Made by a program: the position numbers and the translations under genes
In this document: in pieces, positions 40,960-49,681 of the stretch
How positions within the stretch are numbered: position 1 is the first letter of the stretch
Layout of the letters: each line of letters begins with the position of its first letter
Source: an uncultured delta proteobacterium
Lineage (GTDB): Bacteria; Myxococcota_A; Polyangia; Palsa-1104
NCBI GenBank assembly: GCA_963785725.1
Contig: CAWAWS010000002.1
Location: 96,001-160,000, forward strand
Reading direction: 5' to 3'
DNA length: 64,000 nt
Notes under the pieces: generated by a model
Databases searched by the model: none
The model's input: the letters and a program-made list of their open reading frames with translations, nothing else
Told to the model about the DNA's origin: nothing

Positions 40960-41655
40960 ATGCCGACACTCGCCGGGCGCGTTTATGTCGTCACCGGAGC
41001 CAGCGGCGCCATCGCCACACCGATCGTCCGCGCGTTGGCCGCGGCCGGCACCAAGCTGGCGCTCGTCGATCGCACGGCGCACGCCGAGCCCGCCCAAAGC
41101 CTAGGCGCGCTGGCGATTGCCGCCGACCTCGCGACGACGGCCGGCGCCCAGCAGATGGCGTCCACGGTCGTCGACCGCTTCGGCCACATCGACGGGCTCA
41201 TCCACACCGTCGGCGCCTTCGCCATGGGCCACGTCGTCGACAGCGACGCGCAGCTCTACGATCGCATGTTCGACGCCAACGTCCGCAGCCTCTTCAACGT
41301 CTTGCAGGCCGTCGTCCCCGGCATGCTCGCGCGCGGCGACGGCTTCGTGTGCGGCTTCTCGTCCGAGCCCGGCTGGACCGGCCGCGCGCCCGGCTCGGCG
41401 CTCTACGGCGCCGCGAAATCGGCCGCCACGTCGTTGTTGCGCTCGCTCGATGCCGAGGTGCGTAACAGCCAGCTCGGCGTGTGCATCGTATTTCCGATGG
41501 GCGTCGTCGATACTCCCGCCAACCGTCGCGATATGCCCGGGGCCGATCCGAAAACGTGGATCGATCCCGAGGAGATCGCCGCGTCGATCGTGCATGCGGC
41601 GACGCGCAGCCCGCGCGGAAGGCTCTCCGACCTCCCCATCCATCCCCCGAGGTAA
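40960..41655 (+). CDS. Short-chain dehydrogenase/reductase
   Basis: VTGASGAIA, YGAAKSA, PMGVVDTPANR. Confidence 0.88.
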   Translation: MPTLAGRVYVVTGASGAIATPIVRALAAAGTKLALVDRTAHAEPAQSLGALAIAADLATTAGAQQMASTVVDRFGHIDGLIHTVGAFAMGHVVDSDAQLYDRMFDANVRSLFNVLQAVVPGMLARGDGFVCGFSSEPGWTGRAPGSALYGAAKSAATSLLRSLDAEVRNSQLGVCIVFPMGVVDTPANRRDMPGADPKTWIDPEEIAASIVHAATRSPRGRLSDLPIHPPR

Positions 41656-41671
41656 ACTGTACCGTGATGGC

Positions 41672-42355
41672 ATGATGCGCTCCGTTTCGCTTGTCTTATT
41701 GTTGTCCGTGGCAGTCGGTGGTCGCGCTTTCGCTCAGGAATCGGCCGCGCCGCCAAGCACGCCCGCGCCGGCGGCGGCGCCGAGTGACGGCAGCACCGCC
41801 GCCGCGCCCGCCGCCAAAGGCAGCGACCTCGACTTCAACCTCTTCGGCGACGAGAAGAAGAAGTCACCGCTCGACGAAGCGCGCGAAGCCGATCGACTGG
41901 CGCGGCTCGAGCGCGCCGTGCGCTTGCGCCGCAAGCTGCTCATCGCGCACCAGATCCTCGGCTTCGCCACGCTCGCCGCCGTCGCTGCCACCGACGTCCT
42001 CGGCCAGCTCAACTACGACGACAAGTACACCAAGTCGGGCAGCGACACCGGCAAGTTCTACAACACGCACGAGGATCTCGGCATCATCACCACCGCGCTC
42101 TTCGCGACGACGGGCGTGCTCGCGCTGGTGGCGCCCAATCCCTATCCGAAGCCGATCAAATTCGACGCCGCGCTCGTGCACAAAGCGTCGATGGCGGCGG
42201 CGGCGGCCTGCTTGCTCCTGCAGATCGTGCTCGGCCCGATTACCGCCTCACGCGACGGCAAGGCCGATCAGCGCGACCTCGTCGTCACGCACCTCGTGTC
42301 CGGTTACGCCATGTTCGCGTTCATGTCGGCTGGAACCTTGGCTTACGTCTTTTAA
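41672..42355 (+). CDS. Membrane protein with signal peptide and four His-bearing TM helices (cytochrome b561-like)
   Basis: Signal peptide ending AFA; AHQILG, THEDLG, VHKASM, THLVSGY, each at the start of a hydrophobic helix. Confidence 0.6.
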   Translation: MMRSVSLVLLLSVAVGGRAFAQESAAPPSTPAPAAAPSDGSTAAAPAAKGSDLDFNLFGDEKKKSPLDEAREADRLARLERAVRLRRKLLIAHQILGFATLAAVAATDVLGQLNYDDKYTKSGSDTGKFYNTHEDLGIITTALFATTGVLALVAPNPYPKPIKFDAALVHKASMAAAAACLLLQIVLGPITASRDGKADQRDLVVTHLVSGYAMFAFMSAGTLAYVF

Positions 42356-42364
42356 GGAATAACC

Positions 42365-43258
42365 ATGAGCCTCACTCGTCGAGACTTTTTGCAAACGACC
42401 GCGGCCGGCGGTGTCGCGCTCACCGTCGTCGGCGCCGGCGGCTGCGGCAACCCCGTCAACTCCGCGCCCGTCGCCGACGTCGATGTCGACGACGATCCGA
42501 CGTCGCTCAACTACGGCACCGTGCAGCTGACGGTCGCGCGCTATCCGCAGCTGGCGGTCGTCGGCGGCGCGCTCACGCTGCAGCTGCAGAAGCTCGATCT
42601 CACCGATCAAAATCGCACCTACGCGCTGCCGCCCGACGAAACGATCCTCATCGTGCAGTATTCGAGCGGGCTGTTCGCGGCGATGCAGTCGAGCTGCCCA
42701 CACGCCGGCTGCGCGCTCGGCTACTCGGCGAAAGATCAGCTCATCGAGTGCCCTTGCCATTCGTCGCGCTTTCGCGTCATCACCGATCCCAACGACTCGG
42801 CCGATTGCGCGGGCGGCGTCGTGCATCCGCCGGCGCGCGCCGGCCTCACCGTCTACACCGTCACCTTCGACGGCGCCGTCGCCACGATCGATCTGAAGGC
42901 GCCGATCGCCTGCAACGACGCCTTCCCCGCCGCCGTCGACAACGTCGTCACCTTGCCGTTCGCGACGTTCCCGAACCTCGGCATGACGGGCGGCTCGGCC
43001 ATCGGTCAGCCCAGCGGCTTCGGCGACACGATCGCCGTCGTGCGCATCAGCGCCACCGACGCCAGCGCCTGCTCCGCCATCTGCACGCATCGCGGCTGCA
43101 CCGTCGGCTACGACGACAAGAAGGGCGACCTCTTGTGCCCGTGCCACGGCTCGGTGTTCGGCACCGACGGCCACGTCATCACCGGCCCGGCGACGCTGCC
43201 GCTGCAGAAGTACACGGCCGCCGTCACGGCGACCGGCATCACCATCACCCTCGCGTAA
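42365..43258 (+). CDS. Tat-exported protein with two Rieske [2Fe-2S] domains
   Basis: LTRRDFL twin-Arg; CPHAGC...CPCHSS and CTHRGC...CPCHGS...GPA; SD AAGGA. Confidence 0.88.
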   Translation: MSLTRRDFLQTTAAGGVALTVVGAGGCGNPVNSAPVADVDVDDDPTSLNYGTVQLTVARYPQLAVVGGALTLQLQKLDLTDQNRTYALPPDETILIVQYSSGLFAAMQSSCPHAGCALGYSAKDQLIECPCHSSRFRVITDPNDSADCAGGVVHPPARAGLTVYTVTFDGAVATIDLKAPIACNDAFPAAVDNVVTLPFATFPNLGMTGGSAIGQPSGFGDTIAVVRISATDASACSAICTHRGCTVGYDDKKGDLLCPCHGSVFGTDGHVITGPATLPLQKYTAAVTATGITITLA

Positions 43259-43265
43259 ATAATCG

Positions 43266-43487
43266 TCAGTTGTTGGGAAACAGCGGGTCGTCGATCGCCG
43301 CATCGGCATGATCGACCGGCGGCAGCTCGCGCGTCTTGCCGCGACCGAGCGCCGCTCTCCAGCGCACCGGATCGCGACCGCGCAGGCGCAGCTTGACGTC
43401 GACGGCGGCGCCCTCCTCGAGCCCCAGCTTCACCGCGAGCTTCACGCGCGCCAGCTTGCCCAGGCTGAAGTCGACCTTGAGCTTCAC
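43266..43487 (-). CDS. Small hypothetical protein
   Basis: GTG overlaps upstream TGA (GTGA); 73 aa VKLKVDFSLGK...; typical codon usage. Confidence 0.5.
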   Translation of the reverse strand: MKLKVDFSLGKLARVKLAVKLGLEEGAAVDVKLRLRGRDPVRWRAALGRGKTRELPPVDHADAAIDDPLFPNN

Positions 43488-45031
43488 GCGCGCACGTCCG
43501 CGAGCACGCGGTTGGCGGCGTTGTGGCCGGCGGCGCCGATGACGCTGCCCGCCGGATGACAGCCGGCCGAGCACGAGTACAACCCCTCGATCGGCGTCGC
43601 ATACGGCAGTCGATCGGCGAAGCCGAAGCCGTTGTCGACGTGGTGAATGTGCCCGCGCGTAATCCCGAAGTGCGACTCGATCTTCTGCGGATGCAGCGCG
43701 AACGTATCGACCACGAGATCGCTCGTCCCCGGCGCGAACCGATCGCAGATCGAGAGCAGCTGCTTGACGTATTTCGCCTCTTCCGCCTCCCACGACGAGC
43801 CTTTGATCTCGTACGGCACCCACTGCACGAACAGCGCCGAGTTGTGATTGCCCGCGTCGTCTTTGAGCGAGGGATCGACCGTCGTGTGGATGTACCACTC
43901 GATCGTCGGGAACGGATCGAGCTCGCCGCGCTGCACCATCGCGAAGCCCTCTTTGATGTGCCGCATGACGTCCTTCTCGTCGGGCAAGAGGTGAATCGTC
44001 GGGCCGAACTGACCGCGATCTTCGGGCAAGCACGTAAACCGCGGCAGGCCGCGCAGCGCCAAGTTGACCTTGAACGTCGAGCCCGGCCGCGCGTAACTGT
44101 CGAGCCGCGCGTTGTACTCCGCCGGCAGCTGCGCTTGCCCGACGAGCTGGCGCATGCGGAACGGATCGGCGTTGCACACGACGACGTCGGCCGCGATCTC
44201 CTCGCCCGTCGCCAGCACGACGCCGGTGACGCGGCCGCCGTCGATGCGCAGCCGCTCGACGCGGCGGTTGCACTCGATCGTCGCGCCGTGTTTCTGCGCG
44301 GCCTCGGCGAACAGGCGCGTGACGGTGCCCATCCCGCCTTTGACGATCATCCACGTGCCGTCGCTGCCGGGCAGTCGACACATGTTGTGGATGAGGAAGT
44401 TCATGCCCGTGCCGGGCGTATCCCACGAGCCGTACAAGCCGCTGAACCCGTCGGTGACGGCGTACATCGCGCGCACGAGATCGCTCTTGAACCCGAAGCG
44501 GTCGATGTAGTCGCCGACCGGTTTACGACAGAGGTCGACGAAGATCTGCCGCAGCGGCGCGCGCACGAAGCGCTCGGCCGTCTCCTCGATCGACAGCGGC
44601 TCTTGCAGCCACGTCGGCCCGATGTCGTCGCGCAGCGCGGCCAATTCCGCCGTCATCGCCTGATTCGCGCGCCAATCGGCCTCGCTGAAGAAGTCGATGA
44701 ACTGCCGCTTCATCGCCGCCTGATCGCTGCCGAACAAGAGATAGCGCGTGTCGGTCGTCGGCAAAAAATAGTGCGGATCGCGGCGCATGACCGGAATCTC
44801 GACGCCCGTCGCCTGCATGATCTCCGGCGGCATGAGCCCGAGCAAATAGGCGCCCGTCGAAGTCGCCAGGCCCGGCGCTTTGGCGAACGGCCGCTCGGTG
44901 CGCACGGCGCCGCCGATGACCGGCTGATCCTCGAGCACGCGCACCGACAGCCCGCGCTTGGCCAACATCACCGCCGCGACGAGCCCGTTATGCCCCGCGC
45001 CCACCACCACCGCCGACACTTTCTTGCCCAT
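43484..45031 (-). CDS. FAD-dependent oxidoreductase, phytoene dehydrogenase-like (COG1233)
   Basis: VVGAGHNGLVAA, IGGAV.TE, GGMG, TPIEGLYSCSAGCHPAG.V.GAAG.NAA. Confidence 0.92.
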   Translation of the reverse strand: MGKKVSAVVVGAGHNGLVAAVMLAKRGLSVRVLEDQPVIGGAVRTERPFAKAPGLATSTGAYLLGLMPPEIMQATGVEIPVMRRDPHYFLPTTDTRYLLFGSDQAAMKRQFIDFFSEADWRANQAMTAELAALRDDIGPTWLQEPLSIEETAERFVRAPLRQIFVDLCRKPVGDYIDRFGFKSDLVRAMYAVTDGFSGLYGSWDTPGTGMNFLIHNMCRLPGSDGTWMIVKGGMGTVTRLFAEAAQKHGATIECNRRVERLRIDGGRVTGVVLATGEEIAADVVVCNADPFRMRQLVGQAQLPAEYNARLDSYARPGSTFKVNLALRGLPRFTCLPEDRGQFGPTIHLLPDEKDVMRHIKEGFAMVQRGELDPFPTIEWYIHTTVDPSLKDDAGNHNSALFVQWVPYEIKGSSWEAEEAKYVKQLLSICDRFAPGTSDLVVDTFALHPQKIESHFGITRGHIHHVDNGFGFADRLPYATPIEGLYSCSAGCHPAGSVIGAAGHNAANRVLADVRA

Positions 45032-45138
45032 GATCGAGGCATATCACGATGCGAGCGCCATCGCATCGATTCGCTACTTCGTTGGAAACAATACGGCAAT
45101 CGAAACGGCGGCGCGCTGCGGATATAGTGGACGTCGGC

Positions 45139-45867
45139 ATGGGTCGACATCGCGGCGCGCATCCCGAAGATCTGCGCCTGTTCGACAAGACGCAGTGGAA
45201 GCGCATGCGTCCGGCGGCCGAGGAGATCGTGTGGCTGCTCGGGCGCGGCTATCCGCTGGCGACGGCCACCGAGGTCGTCGGCAACCACCATCAGCTCGAG
45301 GCGCGCCAGCGCATCGCGCTCGGCCGCGCGCTGTGCTCGCCCGAGCAGCGCAAGAAGCGCTCGACGCGCATCATCGAGCGCACCGACGCGCGCGGCCGCA
45401 CCTTGCTCGTCGACGGCTTCAACCTCATCATCACGCTCGAGGTCGCGCTCTCGGGCGGGCTCATCCTCGACTGCGTCGACGGCACCGTGCGCGACTTGGC
45501 CGGTCTCGGCGGCAGCTATCGCACCGTCGACGAGACCGAAGGCGCGCTCGATCTCATCGGCCGCGAATTGGCCGCGCTCGGCCCGGCGCGCGTGCGCATC
45601 TTCTTGGACGCGCCCGTCTCCAACTCCGGCCGTCTACGCACGCGCATCGACGAGGTCGCCAGCCGCTGGCCGTTCCCCGTCGACTGCGAGACCGTGCCCA
45701 ACCCGGACGCGATCTTGGCGCGCGCCGACAACGTCGTCACGTCCGACTCGGTCGTGCTCGACCGCTGCGGCTCGTGGCTCAACCTGGCCCGCTTCGTCGT
45801 CGACCGCCACCTCGCCGCCGCCTGGCGCTCGGGCGCGATCGTCTCGGCCAACGTCTTCGAGCTCTAG
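45139..45867 (+). CDS. DUF434-type protein with PIN/NYN-like motifs
   Basis: LLGRGY..., VGNHHQL..RQR; LVDGFNLIITLE; DG..RDLAG; LDAPVSNSG; VVTSD. Confidence 0.78.
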   Translation: MGRHRGAHPEDLRLFDKTQWKRMRPAAEEIVWLLGRGYPLATATEVVGNHHQLEARQRIALGRALCSPEQRKKRSTRIIERTDARGRTLLVDGFNLIITLEVALSGGLILDCVDGTVRDLAGLGGSYRTVDETEGALDLIGRELAALGPARVRIFLDAPVSNSGRLRTRIDEVASRWPFPVDCETVPNPDAILARADNVVTSDSVVLDRCGSWLNLARFVVDRHLAAAWRSGAIVSANVFEL

Positions 45868-46463
45868 AATTTACGCGGTGCGTGAAGCTCGGCGCGCACC
45901 TCTTCGACCGGCCGGCCGCGCCAGAACTTCGAGTAATTGGCGTGCGACGACAACGTCCGCGGATCCATGCGATCGATGCACAAGACGCCGTGCAGGTGAT
46001 CGATCTCGTGCTGCAAGATGCGCGCATGCCAGCCGCGCGCCTCGATGACGACGTCTTCGCCGCGCTCGTTCAGCGCCTCGACGCGCACGCCGACCGCGCG
46101 CGGCACCAGCGCCAGCCAGCCGTCGACCGACAGACAGCCCTCGTGAAACTCGATCGGCGCGCCCGGCAACAGCGTCAACGCCGGGTTGATGATGACGTGG
46201 AACGGCACCACGTCGCGCTTGCGCTCGGCCAGCTCCTCGGCGCTGGCGTTCGCCTGATACTCCGGCGCATCCTCGACGACGGCCAGCTGCAGCCCGAGCC
46301 CGATCTGCGGCGCCGCCAACCCGACGCCGGGCGCCGCGCGCATCGTCTCCTTCATGTCTTCGATGAGCTGCTGAATCTCGGTCGAGCGGATCTCGTCCAG
46401 CGACAGCGGCCGCGACGGCACGCGCAGCACCGGATCGCCCGCCTGCACGATCGGCAAGATCAC
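45864..46463 (-). CDS. def: Peptide deformylase
   Basis: GVGLAAPQIG, EGCLS, ARILQHEIDHL.G; GTGA overlap with upstream gene. Confidence 0.95.
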   Translation of the reverse strand: MILPIVQAGDPVLRVPSRPLSLDEIRSTEIQQLIEDMKETMRAAPGVGLAAPQIGLGLQLAVVEDAPEYQANASAEELAERKRDVVPFHVIINPALTLLPGAPIEFHEGCLSVDGWLALVPRAVGVRVEALNERGEDVVIEARGWHARILQHEIDHLHGVLCIDRMDPRTLSSHANYSKFWRGRPVEEVRAELHAPRKF

Positions 46464-47215
46464 GACGCGAAACCCTCGGCGCGGCTCTCGTCGACGGCGT
46501 CGAGCGACAGGTCGAGCCCACCCTCCGGCGGCGCGATGCCGATCGACGCCATCGGCGGGAACTGAAGGCCGCACGCTTTGACCGCCGGCTTGATGTCGTC
46601 GATGAAGTCCTGCATGACCGGCCCGGGATCGCGCTTCTTCAGCCCGACCTCGATCGCGTAGCGCGCACCGTCGGTGCCCGGCCGGCCGAACGACAACAGC
46701 CCCTGCCGCAACCACTTGTCGAAGTGCGCCTGCTTGACGGCATCGAACTGCCCCGTCCGCGTCAGCTCGACGACGATGCGCTCGCCCAGCGCCTGATGCC
46801 CTTTTTCCTCTTTGATGATCTTGTGAATCGTCTTTTGGTAGGGCTCGAACGAGCACTCTTCGTACTCTTTGAGCTGCCAAAAGCCGCCGCGATCGTAGAG
46901 AAACTGCGCCATCGCCAGCTCGTACCAAGACTGCGCGAACGCGATCGGCTTGTCCGCCAGCCGCGCCTGCACGACCGGCTCCACCGACTCGCCGGTGAAC
47001 GTCGCGTACATCTTGACGACGTCCTCGTAATGCTCCATCTCCTCGCGGATGTGCCAGCTCATGAACTTGAGCCACTTCAGCTCGGGCACGTACTGCAGCC
47101 CGAAGCCGAACATCTGCGCCGCCGCCAGCTCGCGGTACGCTTGCGACTGCATCATTTGCACGACCACGCCGTAGTAGCGCTCGTCGAGCTCCGCGCGCGT
47201 CTTGTACGTCTTCAT
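46460..47215 (-). CDS. Ferritin-like di-iron protein (PaaA/PaaC/BoxB-like fold)
   Basis: RELAA, EEMEH, LYDRGG, EEKGH: E / ExxH / D / ExxH carboxylate-His pattern. Confidence 0.78.
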   Translation of the reverse strand: MKTYKTRAELDERYYGVVVQMMQSQAYRELAAAQMFGFGLQYVPELKWLKFMSWHIREEMEHYEDVVKMYATFTGESVEPVVQARLADKPIAFAQSWYELAMAQFLYDRGGFWQLKEYEECSFEPYQKTIHKIIKEEKGHQALGERIVVELTRTGQFDAVKQAHFDKWLRQGLLSFGRPGTDGARYAIEVGLKKRDPGPVMQDFIDDIKPAVKACGLQFPPMASIGIAPPEGGLDLSLDAVDESRAEGFAS

Positions 47216-47365
47216 CGAGCGATCGATACCACAACCGCGCCCCGTCGCCGACTGCGAACCGCGCTACGGGCCGCCCTTGACTCGTCGGCCGCCGTTCCTA
47301 CTTCAGTCGTAGCGAATTCTGTCGGGAATTCTTCAGCTTCGATGTAGTCGAGGGGGAGGGCTCAG

Positions 47366-49423
47366 TTGAGCGAAGCAAGCGGCGCCGGCGACGATACGGG
47401 ACGAGCCGGCGAAGACGGGCCGCCGGCGGCCATCCTCGTCGTCGACGACTACGCGGCCAACCTCTTGGCCGTCGAGGCGGTGCTGGCGCCGCTCGGCCAC
47501 CGCATCGTGCGCGCGACGTCGGGCGAAGACGCGCTCCGAGCCGTCCTGCGCCAGGACTTCGCGCTCATCATCCTCGACGTGCAGATGCCGGGCATGGACG
47601 GCTTTCAGACGGCGTCGCTCATCAAGACCCGCGAACGCTCGCGCCACATCCCCATCATCTTTTTGACGGCGATCAACAAAGACGCGGCCCAGGTCTTCGC
47701 CGGCTACCAGCATGGCGCCGTCGACTACCTCTTGAAGCCGTTCGATCCGACGATCTTGCGGCGCAAAGCGCAGGTGCTCGTCGAGCTCTGGCAGCGCAGC
47801 GAACGCCTACGGCTGCGCGAAGTTGCGCTGGCGCAGCAAGAGCGCGCCCGGCTGACCGAGGAGTCCGAGGCGCGCTATCACCGGCTCATCGAGTCGATGC
47901 CGCAGTGCGTGCTGGCGATGCGTCGCGACGGCGAGCTCTACTATTGCAACCAGGTCTGGACGCGCTTCAGCGGCCTGTCGGCGCGCGCCACCGGTGCGCA
48001 TTTTTGGGACATCGTGCACGCCGACGATCGCGAGCCGCTGCGCGCGGCCTGGCACGAGGCGCTGGCGCACGAGCGGCCGCTCTTGACCGAGGCGCGCCTC
48101 GTGCGCGCGGCCGACGGCGTGCCGCGCTGGCATCAGCTGCAGCTGGTGCCGCAGCGCGAGCGCGACACAGTGCGCGGCTGGATCGTCACCGGCAGCGACA
48201 TCGACGACGAGCGGCAGGCGCGCAGCGCCATCGAGCAGGCCAGCCGCGCCAAGGACGAGTTCTTGGCCACGCTGTCGCACGAGCTGCGCAATCCGCTCAA
48301 CGCGATCTTGGGCTGGTCGCGCATGCTGCGCGCCGGCAAGCTCGACGAGGCGCAGGCGTTGCGCGCGACCGAGACCATCGAGCGCAACGCCGAGATGCAA
48401 GCGGCGCTCATCGAGGACATGCTCGACGTGTCGCGGATCATCACCGGCAAGCTGCTGCTCGACGTGCGCCCGGTCGATCTGAAGGCGGTGCTGCACGCGG
48501 CGTTCGAGACGGTGCGCATGGCGGCCGAGGCGCGCCAGCTCGACGTCCAGCTCAGCGTCGACGCCGACGTGCCGCGCGCGACCGGCGACGCGGCGCGGCT
48601 GCAGCAGGTGGTGTGGAATCTCTTGTCGAACGCCATCAAGTTCACGCCGCGCGGCGGGCGCGTCACGGCGCACCTGCGGCGCCAAGGCGCGCACGTCGAG
48701 CTGGCCGTGGCCGACAGCGGGCAAGGCATCGCCGCCGACTTCTTGCCGCACGTCTTCGAGCGCTTTCGGCAGGCCGATTCATCGTCGACGCGCGGTCATG
48801 GCGGCCTCGGTCTCGGCTTGGCGATCGTGCGCCATCTGGTCGAGCTGCATGGCGGATCAGTGGCGGTCGCGTCGGCCGGCGAAGGCCAGGGCGCGACCTT
48901 CACCGTGCGGCTGCCGCTGCGCGCGCCGGCGCCGGCCGCGCTCGACCCCGACGCCGCCAGTAGTGCCGACGAGCTTCACGCCGATGCGCGGCGGCCCGAC
49001 GTGCGCGACCGGCGCGAATTGGCGGGTGTGCGCGTGCTCATCGTCGACGACGAGCCGGACGCGCGCGAGCTGCTCGCCGCCGTCCTCGAGCTGCACGGCG
49101 CCGACGTCAGCCTTGCCGCGACCGCCGACGAGGCGCTCGACCTCGTCGCCGCCGCGCGACCGGACGTCATCGTCAGCGACATCGGCATGCCCGGGACCGA
49201 CGGCTACGAGCTCATCCGCCGCGTGCGCGCGCTCGACGGCGCGCACGGCGGCGCGACGCCGGCGGCGGCGCTGACCGGCTTCGCCCGACCCGAAGACGGC
49301 CGGCGCGCCACCGCCAGCGGCTTCGACGCGCACCTCGCCAAGCCCGTCGACGCCGGCGAGCTCGTCGCCACCGTGCACGAGCTCGCGCGCCGCGACCCGA
49401 CGCTGCGCTACGCCGCGTCCTAA
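47366..49423 (+). CDS. Cytoplasmic hybrid histidine kinase REC-PAS-HisKA-HATPase-REC
   Basis: ILVVDD..LDVQMP; PAS; FLATLSHELRNPL; NLLSNAIKF, DSGQG, GLGLG; C-terminal VSDIGMP. Confidence 0.95.
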   Translation: MSEASGAGDDTGRAGEDGPPAAILVVDDYAANLLAVEAVLAPLGHRIVRATSGEDALRAVLRQDFALIILDVQMPGMDGFQTASLIKTRERSRHIPIIFLTAINKDAAQVFAGYQHGAVDYLLKPFDPTILRRKAQVLVELWQRSERLRLREVALAQQERARLTEESEARYHRLIESMPQCVLAMRRDGELYYCNQVWTRFSGLSARATGAHFWDIVHADDREPLRAAWHEALAHERPLLTEARLVRAADGVPRWHQLQLVPQRERDTVRGWIVTGSDIDDERQARSAIEQASRAKDEFLATLSHELRNPLNAILGWSRMLRAGKLDEAQALRATETIERNAEMQAALIEDMLDVSRIITGKLLLDVRPVDLKAVLHAAFETVRMAAEARQLDVQLSVDADVPRATGDAARLQQVVWNLLSNAIKFTPRGGRVTAHLRRQGAHVELAVADSGQGIAADFLPHVFERFRQADSSSTRGHGGLGLGLAIVRHLVELHGGSVAVASAGEGQGATFTVRLPLRAPAPAALDPDAASSADELHADARRPDVRDRRELAGVRVLIVDDEPDARELLAAVLELHGADVSLAATADEALDLVAAARPDVIVSDIGMPGTDGYELIRRVRALDGAHGGATPAAALTGFARPEDGRRATASGFDAHLAKPVDAGELVATVHELARRDPTLRYAAS

Positions 49424-49504
49424 TCGCGACGACGCGCGCTTGCCGACGCGGCGTCGCGATCGCCCGGCCATCGTTCGTCGACGGCCGCGTCACCCGCAGC
49501 GGCG

Positions 49505-49663
49505 CTAGCTGCGGCGGCGCTCGTCTTCGTCGGGCTCGCCGGCCTCGATCTCCACCGGCGGCGGCACGATCTCGCCCAGCTCCTCGGTCGTGCCTTTGAT
49601 GCGGACGTGCTCGCTGCCGCGCCGCACCGTCATGCGTTCGTTGTCTTCGTCTTGGTTGGCCAT
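49505..49663 (-). CDS. Small acidic hypothetical protein (52 aa, below ORF-track cutoff)
   Basis: MANQDEDNERMTVRRGSEHVRIKGTTEELGEIVPPPVEIEAGEPDEDERRRS*; strong GC3 bias. Confidence 0.5.
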   Translation of the reverse strand: MANQDEDNERMTVRRGSEHVRIKGTTEELGEIVPPPVEIEAGEPDEDERRRS

Positions 49664-49681
49664 GCGACGCAAAAGTAGGCG

